From NCBI GenBank assembly GCA_963727625.1, contig CAVSHR010000011.1:64001-128000 (forward strand): 64,000 bases of DNA. Reading direction: 5' to 3'. The DNA is from an uncultured delta proteobacterium. GTDB taxonomy: Bacteria; Desulfobacterota; Binatia; UBA9968. A model generated the notes under the pieces. That model was not told where the DNA came from. It saw nothing but the letters and a program-made list of their open reading frames with translations, and searched no databases. Positions within the stretch are counted from its first letter, which is position 1; each line of letters opens with the position of its first letter. Both the position numbers and the translations under genes were made by a program. Below are positions 37,622 to 47,827 of this stretch, piece by piece.

Positions 37622-39103
37622 ATGCAAATCGATGATCTAAGAGAATATCTCGACATCCTCGAAGAATACCAAGAAGTGCAACGCATCAGTGTCGAGGTCG
37701 ACTGGGATCTAGAGATGGGCGCGATCACCCGTAGGGTTTACGATCTGGGAGCGCCGGCCGCGCTCTTCGAAAATGTGAAGGGCTACCCCAAGGGATTTCG
37801 CGCGCTCGGCGCGCCGCTCGGGACCAGCAAGCATCCCGGCCATGGGCTGTTTGCACGCACGGCGCTGGCCATGCATATGGCGCCGACCTCAACGCCCCAG
37901 GAGATCATGTCGAGCTATCTCAAACGCAAGGAAAAAACGATTCCGCCGACGCTGGTCAAAACCGGGTCGTGTAAAGAGAACGTCGACATCGGCGATGCCG
38001 TCGACGTGCTCAAGTTTCCAATTCCGCTGATTCACGGTGGCGACGGCGGTCGCTATATCGGCACCTGGCACACCGTGATTACCAAAGATCCCGACAGTTC
38101 GTGGGTCAATTGGGGTATGTACCGTCTCATGGTTCACGATCGCAATACCCTCGGCTGTCTGTTTCCCATGCAGCAGCATATCGGTCAGATTTACCAAAAA
38201 TATGAAGCGATGAATAAACCGATGCCGGTGGCCGTCGCGATCGGCGGACAACCGGTGATCCCGTTGGTGAGCTGTGTGATGCTGCCGCCTTACGTCAACG
38301 AAGTGGACGTGGCGGGCGCGCTGCAAAACGCGCCGATCCCTTTGGTCAAATGCGAGACGGTGGATATCGAGGTGCCGGCGTCGGCGGAAATCGTCATCGA
38401 AGGCGAGGTTCTGCCGCACGAGCGTAAAGTAGAAGGACCCTTCGGCGAGTATATGGGATATGAAGCGGGGAAATCATCGCCCAAACCGATTCTCAAGATC
38501 AAGGCCATTACCTACCGTAATAATCCGATACTGCCGTTTTCCAACATGGGCATGCCGGTGCATGAGGGGCAGACGGCGACGGCATTGATCAAGGGCGCCG
38601 AGATCTATTCCGAGCTCAAAAAACTCGGCTTGCCGGTCAAGAGCGTGTTTTGTCCGCCCTTTGGGGTCGGCCACATGTGCGTCGTCTCGACGGAGGTTCC
38701 CTTCGTAAATTTCGCGCGCCGTGTCGCCCATGCGGTGTGGGCCACCAAACCGGGCTTGTTCACCTATTACATCGTGATCGTCGAGCCCGATGTCGATCCC
38801 ACCAATATGGACGAGGTGGTGCACGCGATCACGACCAAGTGCCATCCCGTTAACGGGATTCATCCGGTGCCGCATATTCCCGGTTTTCCCGTTCTGCTGC
38901 CATTCTTGCCGCCGAAAGAGCGATTAATCGGCGATGCCGCAGGGGTGATCTTCGATTGCACTTGGCCGAAGGATTGGCCGGCGGAAAGCATCCCGGTCAA
39001 GGCCAGTTTCGAAAAACTCTGGCCGGCAGAGCTACAGGATCGGGTGCTCAAGAACTGGGAAAATTACGGTTACGGCAAGCCCGCCGTGAAAAGCGGTCGG
39101 TAA
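37622..39103 (+). CDS. UbiD family prFMN-dependent (de)carboxylase
   Basis: EVDWDLE, DGGRYIGT, NWGMYR, VPASAEIVIEG, EGPFGEY. Confidence 0.9.
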   Translation: MQIDDLREYLDILEEYQEVQRISVEVDWDLEMGAITRRVYDLGAPAALFENVKGYPKGFRALGAPLGTSKHPGHGLFARTALAMHMAPTSTPQEIMSSYLKRKEKTIPPTLVKTGSCKENVDIGDAVDVLKFPIPLIHGGDGGRYIGTWHTVITKDPDSSWVNWGMYRLMVHDRNTLGCLFPMQQHIGQIYQKYEAMNKPMPVAVAIGGQPVIPLVSCVMLPPYVNEVDVAGALQNAPIPLVKCETVDIEVPASAEIVIEGEVLPHERKVEGPFGEYMGYEAGKSSPKPILKIKAITYRNNPILPFSNMGMPVHEGQTATALIKGAEIYSELKKLGLPVKSVFCPPFGVGHMCVVSTEVPFVNFARRVAHAVWATKPGLFTYYIVIVEPDVDPTNMDEVVHAITTKCHPVNGIHPVPHIPGFPVLLPFLPPKERLIGDAAGVIFDCTWPKDWPAESIPVKASFEKLWPAELQDRVLKNWENYGYGKPAVKSGR

Positions 39104-39207
39104 AAAATAGTACAAGAAAGACCAGGGCGCGAATACCTAAGATTGATAGCGAGAGTTAGCCTCGACTCTTATAGGCTTCCACTTCTTGGTATAGTTCAGC
39201 AATCCCC

Positions 39208-40464
39208 ATGCAATACGATCCTCAATCTGAGGCATCCATTTCCGACCCAACCATCACGCCGTTCGCGAGCAGCGTGTCAACCAAGGCAACGATCATTCTC
39301 ATTCGTTGGCCGGTCGTGCTGATCAGCGCTTCGTTAATTTTATTTCGGGTCAGCTCTTTGTCGATGGCCTGGGTCTTTTATGCGTTGGTGGTGATCTATG
39401 TTCTTACCAACGCCGCATTGTATTCCGTCGAAGAGGCGGCCTTTCGCAAACTAACTTTCAATATGTCCATCATCGGGCTGGACACGCTTGCGTTAACCGC
39501 TTCCCTGACACTCAATGGCCAGACCGAGACCAATTTCTTTCTCGCATATTTTCTCTTGATCATCGTCTGTTGCATTTTCGAAAATCCGCGTATGATCGCG
39601 GTCATTTCGTTGCTGGCGCCAATCGTCTACGCGGGAATTTTTTTCGAGGGTCCGGATCAACAACCGGCAAGTTATCTGCAGCTGGTGTTTCTCTTTATCG
39701 TTGGGCTGTTTTATGGACACTTTTCGCAATTGGTACGTACGCAGAGGGCGCTGAAGGAACGGGCCGAGCACCGAAGCCAGGCGAAAGCCGAGCTGCTCAA
39801 TATCTTATCCCATGAGCTTAAAACGCCGCTCACGGTTATTGCCAGTTATACTCAAGCGCTAAAAGGCGCCGCTCTCGGCGAGGTCAACCGGGTGCAAGAT
39901 GAAGCGCTCTCAAAGGTGCTGCGTCAGACTGAGAATTTGGTGGATATCGTCGATGTGATTTTGGCTTCGGCCAGTGTCGAGACCGGAGCAGTGGCGGTTC
40001 GTCGCGAGGAGTTTGTTTTGTCGGAGTTCTTAGACGAGCTAAGACGAAGTTGCGATGGCATCGTGTTGAATCCGAAGGTCAGTTTGGAATGGGATTATCC
40101 GACGCCGCTGCCCATCGTCGTTTCCGATCCCGGAAAACTGAAAATTCTCCTGCAAAACCTGATTAATAACGCACTCAAGTTTACCGACGAGGGGGAGGTT
40201 CGAGTTTCGGCGCGCCATAATCCCAATTATCAAAGGATGGTGTTTACCGTCTCGGACACCGGTATCGGTATCACGCCGGAACAACTGCCGTTCGTATTCG
40301 ACAAATTCTGGCAGGTCGACGCGGCCCGCACCCGCACACAGAGCGGTATCGGGATGGGACTCTATATCGTCAAAGCGTTCACAGAACTATTAGGCGGGAG
40401 TGTGACGGTGTCGAGCACTTTGGGCAAGGGCGCGGCATTCAGAGTCGAGGTGCCGACGGTGTAG
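39208..40464 (+). CDS. membrane-bound sensor histidine kinase
   Basis: Multi-TM N-terminus, SHELKTPL, NLINNALKFT, DTGIG, GIGMGL. Confidence 0.9.
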   Translation: MQYDPQSEASISDPTITPFASSVSTKATIILIRWPVVLISASLILFRVSSLSMAWVFYALVVIYVLTNAALYSVEEAAFRKLTFNMSIIGLDTLALTASLTLNGQTETNFFLAYFLLIIVCCIFENPRMIAVISLLAPIVYAGIFFEGPDQQPASYLQLVFLFIVGLFYGHFSQLVRTQRALKERAEHRSQAKAELLNILSHELKTPLTVIASYTQALKGAALGEVNRVQDEALSKVLRQTENLVDIVDVILASASVETGAVAVRREEFVLSEFLDELRRSCDGIVLNPKVSLEWDYPTPLPIVVSDPGKLKILLQNLINNALKFTDEGEVRVSARHNPNYQRMVFTVSDTGIGITPEQLPFVFDKFWQVDAARTRTQSGIGMGLYIVKAFTELLGGSVTVSSTLGKGAAFRVEVPTV

Positions 40465-40524
40465 CCGGAGCGGGAGATACCGTAGGACGAGGTCATGCAT
40501 TGCCGGCAAAAGACGTCCAACCCG

Positions 40525-41865
40525 TTAGGTTTTTAACTGCGCTGGACCGGTCAACCACTCCTTCAGATCATCGGCGAGCCGCGGCGGACTCAAGAAATAG
40601 CCCTGCACTGCGTCGCAGCCGAGCCGGGCGAGCTTGTCACAAACGGCTTGGCTCTCCACGCCTTCGGCAATCACTTGAAGCCCTAAGCGGCGCCCTAGAT
40701 CGATGATCGACCGAACTATGGCGGCGTCGTTTTTATCGGCCGTCACTTGACGAACAAAAGTCTGGTCGATTTTGACCCCGGCAATGGGTAAATTTTTTAT
40801 ATGGCTAAGGGAGGAATAGCCGGTGCCGAAGTCGTCAATGAAAATGCGCATCCCTTTGCGGCTGATTTTTTCTAAGGCTTGGGAAGCATGCGGAGCGTCG
40901 GTAAGAATGGCGCTCTCGGTGATTTCGATCTCGACCAGATCCGGCGCCACGCCATGAGTCGTCAAGAGATGGTCAATATAGCCGGGCAGATGTCGGTCGT
41001 GAAAATTACGCGGCGACAAGTTGACCGCGACCGGCACATCAATACCTACGCGATGCCAAGCGTTGCATTGCGCGACTGCCGATTGCAGAATCCAGCGGCT
41101 CAAAGCATGGATCAATCCGGTGCGTTCGGCAACCGGTACAAACTGAGAAGCCGGAACCACGCCCAACTCAGGGTGCTGCCACTGTACCAGCGCCTCGACG
41201 CCGATGGTTTTTCCGCTGCTCAACTCGATCTTTGGTTGGTAACAGAGCGCGATATGATCTTGTTCGATAGCGTTGCGCAAACCGCCGACGTACGCTCGTC
41301 TTAACTCCGTGTAGGGATCCGTGGCGGCGTCGTAGATGGAAAACCCTCGGCCAAACTGCTTGGTGTATTCAAGGGCAATGTTGGCGCGCTGAAAAATCAC
41401 ATCGGCATCCACGCTGTCTGCTGGGCACAGTGCCACGCCGATGCTTGCCGAAAGATCGACCGGCACTTGGTCGATGATAACGGGAGGCTCCAACGCACGG
41501 AAGATCCGCTCGCAAAGTTTTTTGATCGCCGGTTCACCGGCGGCGCTGACGATCGCGGCGAATTCATCGCCGCCGAGCCTGGCTTTGAAGTCGGCTACGC
41601 CGACGGCATCCGCGAAGCGGCGCGCGACCTGCCCAAGCAGAAGATCGCCGTTCTTCGGGCCGAAGATATGATTGATGTCGCGAAACCGGTCAAGCCCCAA
41701 GACGATGAGCGCGAAGGGTGTTCGGCGCGCCTTCTTTACCGCTACCTGGAGCCGTTCATGGAAACGGTCGCGGGTCGGTAAATGAGTCAAGGGATCGCAA
41801 TCGAATCGAGTCAATTTTCGGTGGCGCTGGGCAGCGGCACGCCTGTTCCTACCGGTTGTCTTCAT
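40525..41865 (-). CDS. GGDEF-EAL domain protein
   Basis: RLGGDEF, VEALVQW, IDDFGTGYSSL. Confidence 0.9.
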   Translation of the reverse strand: MKTTGRNRRAAAQRHRKLTRFDCDPLTHLPTRDRFHERLQVAVKKARRTPFALIVLGLDRFRDINHIFGPKNGDLLLGQVARRFADAVGVADFKARLGGDEFAAIVSAAGEPAIKKLCERIFRALEPPVIIDQVPVDLSASIGVALCPADSVDADVIFQRANIALEYTKQFGRGFSIYDAATDPYTELRRAYVGGLRNAIEQDHIALCYQPKIELSSGKTIGVEALVQWQHPELGVVPASQFVPVAERTGLIHALSRWILQSAVAQCNAWHRVGIDVPVAVNLSPRNFHDRHLPGYIDHLLTTHGVAPDLVEIEITESAILTDAPHASQALEKISRKGMRIFIDDFGTGYSSLSHIKNLPIAGVKIDQTFVRQVTADKNDAAIVRSIIDLGRRLGLQVIAEGVESQAVCDKLARLGCDAVQGYFLSPPRLADDLKEWLTGPAQLKT

Positions 41866-42184
41866 TCATTGTCTCAATCGCAAGAGCTCACCGCGAGTCC
41901 TGCGCACGGGAGTGCTCCAGCGCTAGAGTAACGCATCCGCTGACGAAAGAAAGGAGACGCGGAAAATTAAGAAGATTATTCACATTCCGCCGGCGCACGG
42001 GCGGAAAAATCTGGCTCTGTGTACAAGTGATTTCAAGAATGCGGTGGACGGTCGGATTCAATTTTAATTAAATGCGCGCGGAATCGGACTTAGCAACAAA
42101 TAGCTAGGTTAGCTGAGTGGCAATTTTTCGGCCAGTGGGTGATTACGGACAGGTTTAGGTGGGAATAGGCTATGCTGTGGTGCT

Positions 42185-42388
42185 TTAACTGGCCTTGGGC
42201 GTGGTGTTTTCTTCCTCTTGAACCCAATCCTGGAAACGACTTTCAAGAATACGCCATTGACCGCCGACTTTGAAGGCTGGGATCTGGTGGTTTTGGATCA
42301 TGCGGTGCAAGGTTCTCTTGGAAATTTTCAATATACTCGCTGCCTCGGCGAGAGTTAAAAGTTTGATGCTAGAATCGGTTCTTTTCAT
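42185..42388 (-). CDS. small helix-turn-helix protein (excisionase-like HTH_17)
   Basis: LLTLAEAA.ILKIS.RTL.R.I....IPAFKVGGQWRI; AGGAG RBS. Confidence 0.85.
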   Translation of the reverse strand: MKRTDSSIKLLTLAEAASILKISKRTLHRMIQNHQIPAFKVGGQWRILESRFQDWVQEEENTTPKAS

Positions 42389-42419
42389 AGCTTTGTCACT
42401 CCTAAAAATGAGATTACGA

Positions 42420-42435
42420 CGCAAGCCATATGCCA
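42420..42435 (-). promoter_or_regulatory. putative sigma54 (-24/-12) promoter
   Basis: TGGCATATGGCTTGCG on the minus strand, about 30 nt upstream of the HTH start. Confidence 0.65.
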
Positions 42436-42964
42436 CTGCGCTCGCCACGAATAAGTATTTGAAATAGAAGATAATTATTTATTCGAGCCCGGTTCAAAGT
42501 TTTGCTTTTGGGTCAAAAATCGACACCCTCGAACTCGCTGTGACAAAAATGGCAGACAAAATTAGGACCGCAGCGCGATAACTGGCACGGCAGTCATCGG
42601 AATCGCGCTCCATGTCGCTTTGAAAGTTTGGTTCGAAGACCGCTCTCTGAATGGGCTGAATGGGCCTAACCATTCACGAATTCAACTCCCTTTAGGTGGA
42701 CACGTTCTCGAACCAACGCAGGCAGCCTCTCCGCGTCGGGAAGCGAGAATGGATCTCGATATCGAAGGTCTCGAGAGAAAACCGAAGGGTTATTCGACTT
42801 GATTGTCGTTGCCGACTTAATTGCGAATTAAAAATGCGGGGCGCGTGTATTGCTATGCGAAAAAGAGCCCGGACGGGACCGCGATACGCAGTTGCACGTG
42901 AAGAAACCAACGGAATGATTGGATGCGCAAGAGTCGGTGAGAAAGTTGATGCAAAAATTCAGAT

Positions 42965-43051
42965 TGGTGCGAGGAGCGGGATTTGAACCCGCACGCCGTT
43001 TCCGGCACTAGCCCCTCAAACTAGCGCGTCTGCCGATTCCGCCACCCTCGC
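42965..43051 (-). tRNA. tRNA-Leu(GAG)
   Basis: GCGAGGGTGGCGGAATCGGCAGACGCG-CTAGT-TTGAGGG-GCTAG...GGTTCAAATCCC...CACCA, with a long variable arm, downstream of secG. Confidence 0.95.
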
Positions 43052-43062
43052 GTCGTTCATGC

Positions 43063-43455
43063 TTATGGTTTGACAGATTTTTCCGCCGCGGGCTTGTCCG
43101 GCGTTACGGGCGCGGCAGGCTGCGCGCTCCCAGCGGGCGCGCTTTGGCGCTGCGCCGGCGCATTTGGTAGCGCCGATGGACGCGACTCCGATGCCGGGGT
43201 CCGGTTGTCAAAGATTGTTGACGACGGCTTCCGTCCGGCAAAGTAACCCAGGGTCAATGAGGTTGCCATGAACACAATCGCCATGCCGGTGGTCAATCGC
43301 GTCAGGAAATTTCCTGCGCCGCTGCTGCCGAAAATTGTCGAGCTGGAGCCACCAAAGACAGCTCCGACCTCAGCGCCCTTGCCGGTTTGTAAGAGCACTA
43401 CGAGAATCAATCCGAGACTAACGAGCACGTGAAGAATCGTTATCGCGATAATCAT
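43063..43455 (-). CDS. secG: preprotein translocase subunit SecG
   Basis: LLQTGKGA..GAVFGG...FG..GAGNFLTR. Confidence 0.95.
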   Translation of the reverse strand: MIIAITILHVLVSLGLILVVLLQTGKGAEVGAVFGGSSSTIFGSSGAGNFLTRLTTGMAIVFMATSLTLGYFAGRKPSSTIFDNRTPASESRPSALPNAPAQRQSAPAGSAQPAAPVTPDKPAAEKSVKP

Positions 43456-44225
43456 AAATCCTGTAATTTTGAAAACGCCCGAATAATCGGCAAAAAAGTT
43501 TCTACCGCTAAGCTGGCGCCGCCGACTAGGAAGCCGCTGATTTCATCGGTCTGCGCCAGCAGGGCCGCATTATCCGGCTTGACGCTTCCGCCATAGAGAA
43601 TCCTTGTTTGTCGGCCTTTGACGTCACCAAACTCAACTCTTAGAAAACTACGGATCCGCGCATGAACTTCGCTGATCTGCTCGGCCGTAGCGTTAACTCC
43701 TGTGCCAATCGCCCACACTGGCTCATAGGCAATTTCGATTTTGTCTATATCACCTTTGTCAACTCCCTTCAATGCAGAGTCAAGCTGTCTAGTGATGACT
43801 GCTGTCATTTGCTCGTTGCGGCGTTCCTCAAGCGTTTCCCCGACGCAGAGAATCGGCCGCATGCCATGCTTGATAACCGCCAGAAGCTTGAGCGCGATCA
43901 TTTCGTCGCTCTCATGAAAAATATGGCGCCTTTCCGAATGGCCGACAATGACAAAATCGCAGCCGATTTCGTGAAGCATCGACGGGCTGACTTCGCCGGT
44001 GAAGGCGCCGCTGTCTTGCCAATGGCAGTTTTGCGCGGCAATTTTGATTTTGCTCTTGCGAATGGCTTTCTCCACCGCTGACAGCGCGGTGAACGAAGGG
44101 GCGAGCACGACCTCGGCGACCGCCGGTTTTTTTTGCAGATCGCGAACGATTTTACGAGCGAGTTCGACGCAAGCAGCCTGGATGCCGTTCATCTTCCAGT
44201 TGCCGGCCACCAGCGGGATAGTCAT
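43452..44225 (-). CDS. tpiA: triose-phosphate isomerase
   Basis: AGNWKMN, GHSERR, AYEPVWAIGTG, YGGSV. Confidence 0.97.
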   Translation of the reverse strand: MTIPLVAGNWKMNGIQAACVELARKIVRDLQKKPAVAEVVLAPSFTALSAVEKAIRKSKIKIAAQNCHWQDSGAFTGEVSPSMLHEIGCDFVIVGHSERRHIFHESDEMIALKLLAVIKHGMRPILCVGETLEERRNEQMTAVITRQLDSALKGVDKGDIDKIEIAYEPVWAIGTGVNATAEQISEVHARIRSFLRVEFGDVKGRQTRILYGGSVKPDNAALLAQTDEISGFLVGGASLAVETFLPIIRAFSKLQDL

Positions 44226-45400
44226 TGGCTGACTTCCAGGGCTCTGATGCCTGGCAGTTCTTTCCCTTCAAGGAATTCCAGGGTTGCCCCACCTCCGGTG
44301 GATAAATGACTTATCTTAGCTTCGACCCCCGACGCGGTGACGGCCGCCACCGTGTCGCCGCCGGCGATGATGCTAACAACCCGTGGATAATTCCCCGCCA
44401 GAACTTCGGCGAGCCTACGGCTGCCCTGATCATAGGGCGGAACTTCGAATAGGCCCACCGGGCCGTTCCACAAAACCATTTTGGCGTTGCTAATCTCGCC
44501 GGCGAATAAACTGGCGGTGGCGGGACCGATGTCGAGTCCCATGCGCTCAGCGGCGATGGGGCCGCTGCAAGTTTGCGGATTGTTTTTCTCGGAATCCCCG
44601 GTCACATGGTCGACGGGTAAAAGCAAACGCACGCCGCGGTGCGATGCTTCACGGAGAAGATCGGCGGCAAGAGCGATTTTGTCTGGCTCGACCAGCGACC
44701 TGCCGATTTCACTGCCTTGAGCCTTGAGAAACGTGTACGCCATGCCGCCGCCGATCAGCAGGGCGTCGACTTTAGGCAACAGGTTCTTGATCACACCGAT
44801 TTTATCGGAAACCTTAGCGCCACCCAAAATAGTCACGAATGGTTTTTCCGGATCGGTGAGAATCGGCGTGAGGTAGTCGAGCTCTTTCTGCATTAAGAGA
44901 CCCGCCGCTTTGTCGGTGAAGAATGCCGCCATTCCGACAATTGAGGCGTGGGCGCGATGGGCCGCGCCGAAGGCGTCGTCCACATAGCTATCGGCCAGGG
45001 AAGCGAGCGCTTTGGAAAAGCCGGGGTCGTTATTCTCCTCTTCTTTGTGGAAACGAAGATTCTCCAGTAGAACGATCCGGCGTTGTTGATCGCGGACGAG
45101 CCGCTCGACTTCCGCTCCGACACAATCCGGTGCCATAACCACGGGCTGCTGCATCGCGCGTTCCAAATAGTCGCGCACCGGCGCCAGACTATATTTTGCC
45201 ATCGGTTTGCCGTCGGGTCGGCCCAAGTGCGAGGCAACGACGATTTTGCGCGCGTGCTCTAGAATTTTCCGAAGTGTCGGCAGAGCGCTGTTAATTCGAT
45301 GCGGTTCGGTGATCCTGCCGTGATCGATCGGCACGTTGAAGTCGACGCGAACGAAGACTGTCTTGGCCTGGAGTTCCAATTCTTCCAGTTTTCGTATCAT
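44222..45400 (-). CDS. pgk: phosphoglycerate kinase
   Basis: RVDFNVP, SHLGRP, LLENLRF, GGAKVSDK, STGGGA. Confidence 0.97.
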   Translation of the reverse strand: MIRKLEELELQAKTVFVRVDFNVPIDHGRITEPHRINSALPTLRKILEHARKIVVASHLGRPDGKPMAKYSLAPVRDYLERAMQQPVVMAPDCVGAEVERLVRDQQRRIVLLENLRFHKEEENNDPGFSKALASLADSYVDDAFGAAHRAHASIVGMAAFFTDKAAGLLMQKELDYLTPILTDPEKPFVTILGGAKVSDKIGVIKNLLPKVDALLIGGGMAYTFLKAQGSEIGRSLVEPDKIALAADLLREASHRGVRLLLPVDHVTGDSEKNNPQTCSGPIAAERMGLDIGPATASLFAGEISNAKMVLWNGPVGLFEVPPYDQGSRRLAEVLAGNYPRVVSIIAGGDTVAAVTASGVEAKISHLSTGGGATLEFLEGKELPGIRALEVSQ

Positions 45401-45500
45401 GGTGGTTGCCCGTCTAATTTTTTAACGACGAATAGACGATTCTCAATTGACTAATTACAAGGCTTGTAATACTTTTTCAAATGGCTGCAGACTACCCGCA

Positions 45501-46244
45501 ATGTCTTTTCTTTGGTCACTTCACCTTTTGAGTCAAGAAGGCGGTCTAACGCTATCGCCGCAGCATAGCATTCTCGATCTGGTGCGCGGATCAGGCGTGG
45601 TCGTCCAAGCAATTCTCTACTTGCTGGTATTATTTTCGGTGGTGAGTTGGGGAATTATCGCGCAGAAGTACCGTCAGATTCGCCGTGCCAAACGGGAATC
45701 GGAGCGATTTATCGAAATTTTTTGGGAGCGCCGCAATCTATCGTCGATCCACGACGCCAGCCGCGAGCTCACTTCGAGTCCCGTCGGTCAGGTGTTCCGC
45801 GCGGGATATGAAGAGTTGATTCGAGTCTCCCGTTCCAAGAAAGAATCTGCACCGGGCGATAATCTCACAACGGAATTGGGCGGCGTCGATAACGTCTCGC
45901 GGGCGATGAAGCGGGCCACCAGTGTCGAAATTACGAAGTTGGAGAAACACTGTTCGTTTCTCGCCACCACGGCGAGTTCGGCGCCGTTTGTCGGGCTGTT
46001 CGGAACCGTTTGGGGGATTATGGATGCGTTCCGAGGTCTGAGCGTCACTCATTCTTCAAGCATTCAAGCGGTCGCGCCGGGGATCGCCGAAGCTTTGATC
46101 GCCACGGCGGTCGGATTGGCGGCAGCCATTCCGGCCTTGATGGCGTACAATTATTTTGTCCAGCAAATCAAAGTGCTCGCCGTGGAAATGGATAACTTCT
46201 CGCATGAGTTTCTCAATATCGCTGAGCGCCACTTCTTCAAGTAA
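45501..46244 (+). CDS. tolQ: TolQ
   Basis: APFVGLFGTVWGIM, APGIAEALIATA. Confidence 0.92.
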   Translation: MSFLWSLHLLSQEGGLTLSPQHSILDLVRGSGVVVQAILYLLVLFSVVSWGIIAQKYRQIRRAKRESERFIEIFWERRNLSSIHDASRELTSSPVGQVFRAGYEELIRVSRSKKESAPGDNLTTELGGVDNVSRAMKRATSVEITKLEKHCSFLATTASSAPFVGLFGTVWGIMDAFRGLSVTHSSSIQAVAPGIAEALIATAVGLAAAIPALMAYNYFVQQIKVLAVEMDNFSHEFLNIAERHFFK

Positions 46245-46443
46245 GCAAATAACAGAGTATACTTGGAGCCAACTCGGGTATGCGGAGTGAACGGACTGAA
46301 TCGCCTCAGGGTGCGCGGCGAAGACGCGGTAAATAAATCTCCGCGTCGGTGTCAAGATGCTTTGATTGAAGCAAATTTACGGCGGACCTTGATTCACGTA
46401 ACAAAATAAGTCCAAAATCGTCAATGGAAGCGATGGGGTAACT

Positions 46444-46866
46444 ATGGCGGTGGATGCTTCGTCCCAGCGTGACAGCAGCACGATTTCACAAATCAACGTC
46501 ACGCCGCTTGTCGATGTCATGCTGGTGCTGCTGGTCATCTTTATGGTGACCGCGCCGATTATCCAGCAGGGGGTGCAGGTCAATTTGCCGCAGGCCAGAT
46601 CGAGCGCGATCCAAGGCAGCGAAGAACATTTAGTCGTGACCATCGCGAAAAACGGCAAGGTTTATCTCAACGATAACGCCATGTCGATTAGCGATTTGGG
46701 CAAGAAACTGCGGGCAATCAAGAAGCTTCAAGCCGATAAGCAGGTCTACCTGCGGGCGGACCAGGATGTGCGCTACGGTGTCGTCATGAAAACCATCGCG
46801 GAAATCAAGGAGGCCGGCATTGAAAGATTGGGTATGGTGACGCGGCCTCAGGCTGAAGCGAGGTAG
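46444..46866 (+). CDS. tolR: TolR
   Basis: INVTPLVDVMLVLLVIFMVTAP. Confidence 0.93.
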   Translation: MAVDASSQRDSSTISQINVTPLVDVMLVLLVIFMVTAPIIQQGVQVNLPQARSSAIQGSEEHLVVTIAKNGKVYLNDNAMSISDLGKKLRAIKKLQADKQVYLRADQDVRYGVVMKTIAEIKEAGIERLGMVTRPQAEAR

Positions 46867-46872
46867 TCGCGG

Positions 46873-47823
46873 GTGGCCGAGAGAAACCCTTCGCCGACGA
46901 TCAGCCTGCGCGAGCGATCTTTTCCGATCCATGATCCCGCGGAGCGTTTGCCCAAGTGGGTGGTGGTCTCGCTGTTGTTGCATCTGGCGCTGATTGCTTG
47001 TCTGTTTTTAATACCGATGTTGCCTTCTCAGACCGAAGCCATTCCGGTATACACCGTTGATCTCGTCGGCGGAGAAAAAATCGGTGCCGCCAATTTGGGA
47101 ACCGAATTGGCCCCACCCCCGAAACAAACGGTGAAAAACCTTCGAGCGCAAAAAAGTTTGCCCGCCCTGGAACCCAAACGGGAAGTCAAAAAGGACAAGC
47201 CGGCGAAGGAAGTGAAGCTCAAAGCCAAGCCAGTGGAGAAAAAACCGCCGGTGGAAAAAACGATCGTTCTCAAAGAAAAAGCTAAGCTGGAGCCGGTGCA
47301 ACCGAAGCCGGGGAACGAAACAAAAAAGGAAACGAAAGAGATTGCGAGGACCGAGACCACTTCGGGGGATAGCGTGCGCGAGCGGTTGATTCAATCAGCG
47401 GTGGATCGTGCCAAGGCGCGAACCGAAAGCGCGGAGAAGCCGTCAAAAGGAGAGCAGCTGAGCGCCGGGTCAGGGGAAGGTATCGGCGCGGCTGCGCTCG
47501 GCGCGGGGGGGCGCGGCGGTCCGGGAATCGTCAAGGGGATGGATTTTATTATTTATCAAAATCGGATGCTGGGCACGATCAAAGGTAACTGGGCTTGGGT
47601 TGGGCAGCGCAGCAGTTTAAAAGTTGTGGTTCATTTTAGTATCAAAGAAACCGGCGAAATCAGCGGCCTTAAAATAGTCCAGCCTTCGGGCGATCCATCC
47701 TATGACGAGTCGGTATTGCGCGCGGTAAAAAAATCGAGCCCCTTGCCGGCGCCGCCGGAAAGTTATCGGAAGGATTTTGCCGACGTGGAATTGACTTTTC
47801 GCCCGCGGGATCTGGGAGCTTAG
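46873..47823 (+). CDS. tolA: TolA/TonB C-terminal domain protein
   Basis: SLLLH anchor, Lys/Pro-rich linker, SGDPSYDESVLRAV; position in the tol operon. Confidence 0.85.
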   Translation: MAERNPSPTISLRERSFPIHDPAERLPKWVVVSLLLHLALIACLFLIPMLPSQTEAIPVYTVDLVGGEKIGAANLGTELAPPPKQTVKNLRAQKSLPALEPKREVKKDKPAKEVKLKAKPVEKKPPVEKTIVLKEKAKLEPVQPKPGNETKKETKEIARTETTSGDSVRERLIQSAVDRAKARTESAEKPSKGEQLSAGSGEGIGAAALGAGGRGGPGIVKGMDFIIYQNRMLGTIKGNWAWVGQRSSLKVVVHFSIKETGEISGLKIVQPSGDPSYDESVLRAVKKSSPLPAPPESYRKDFADVELTFRPRDLGA

Positions 47824-47827
47824 AGCC

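Noticed and set aside
42185-43051. Prophage or genomic island integrated at tRNA-Leu with an excisionase
   Set aside because: There is no integrase or phage gene, and I found no duplicated tRNA 3' end in the window.
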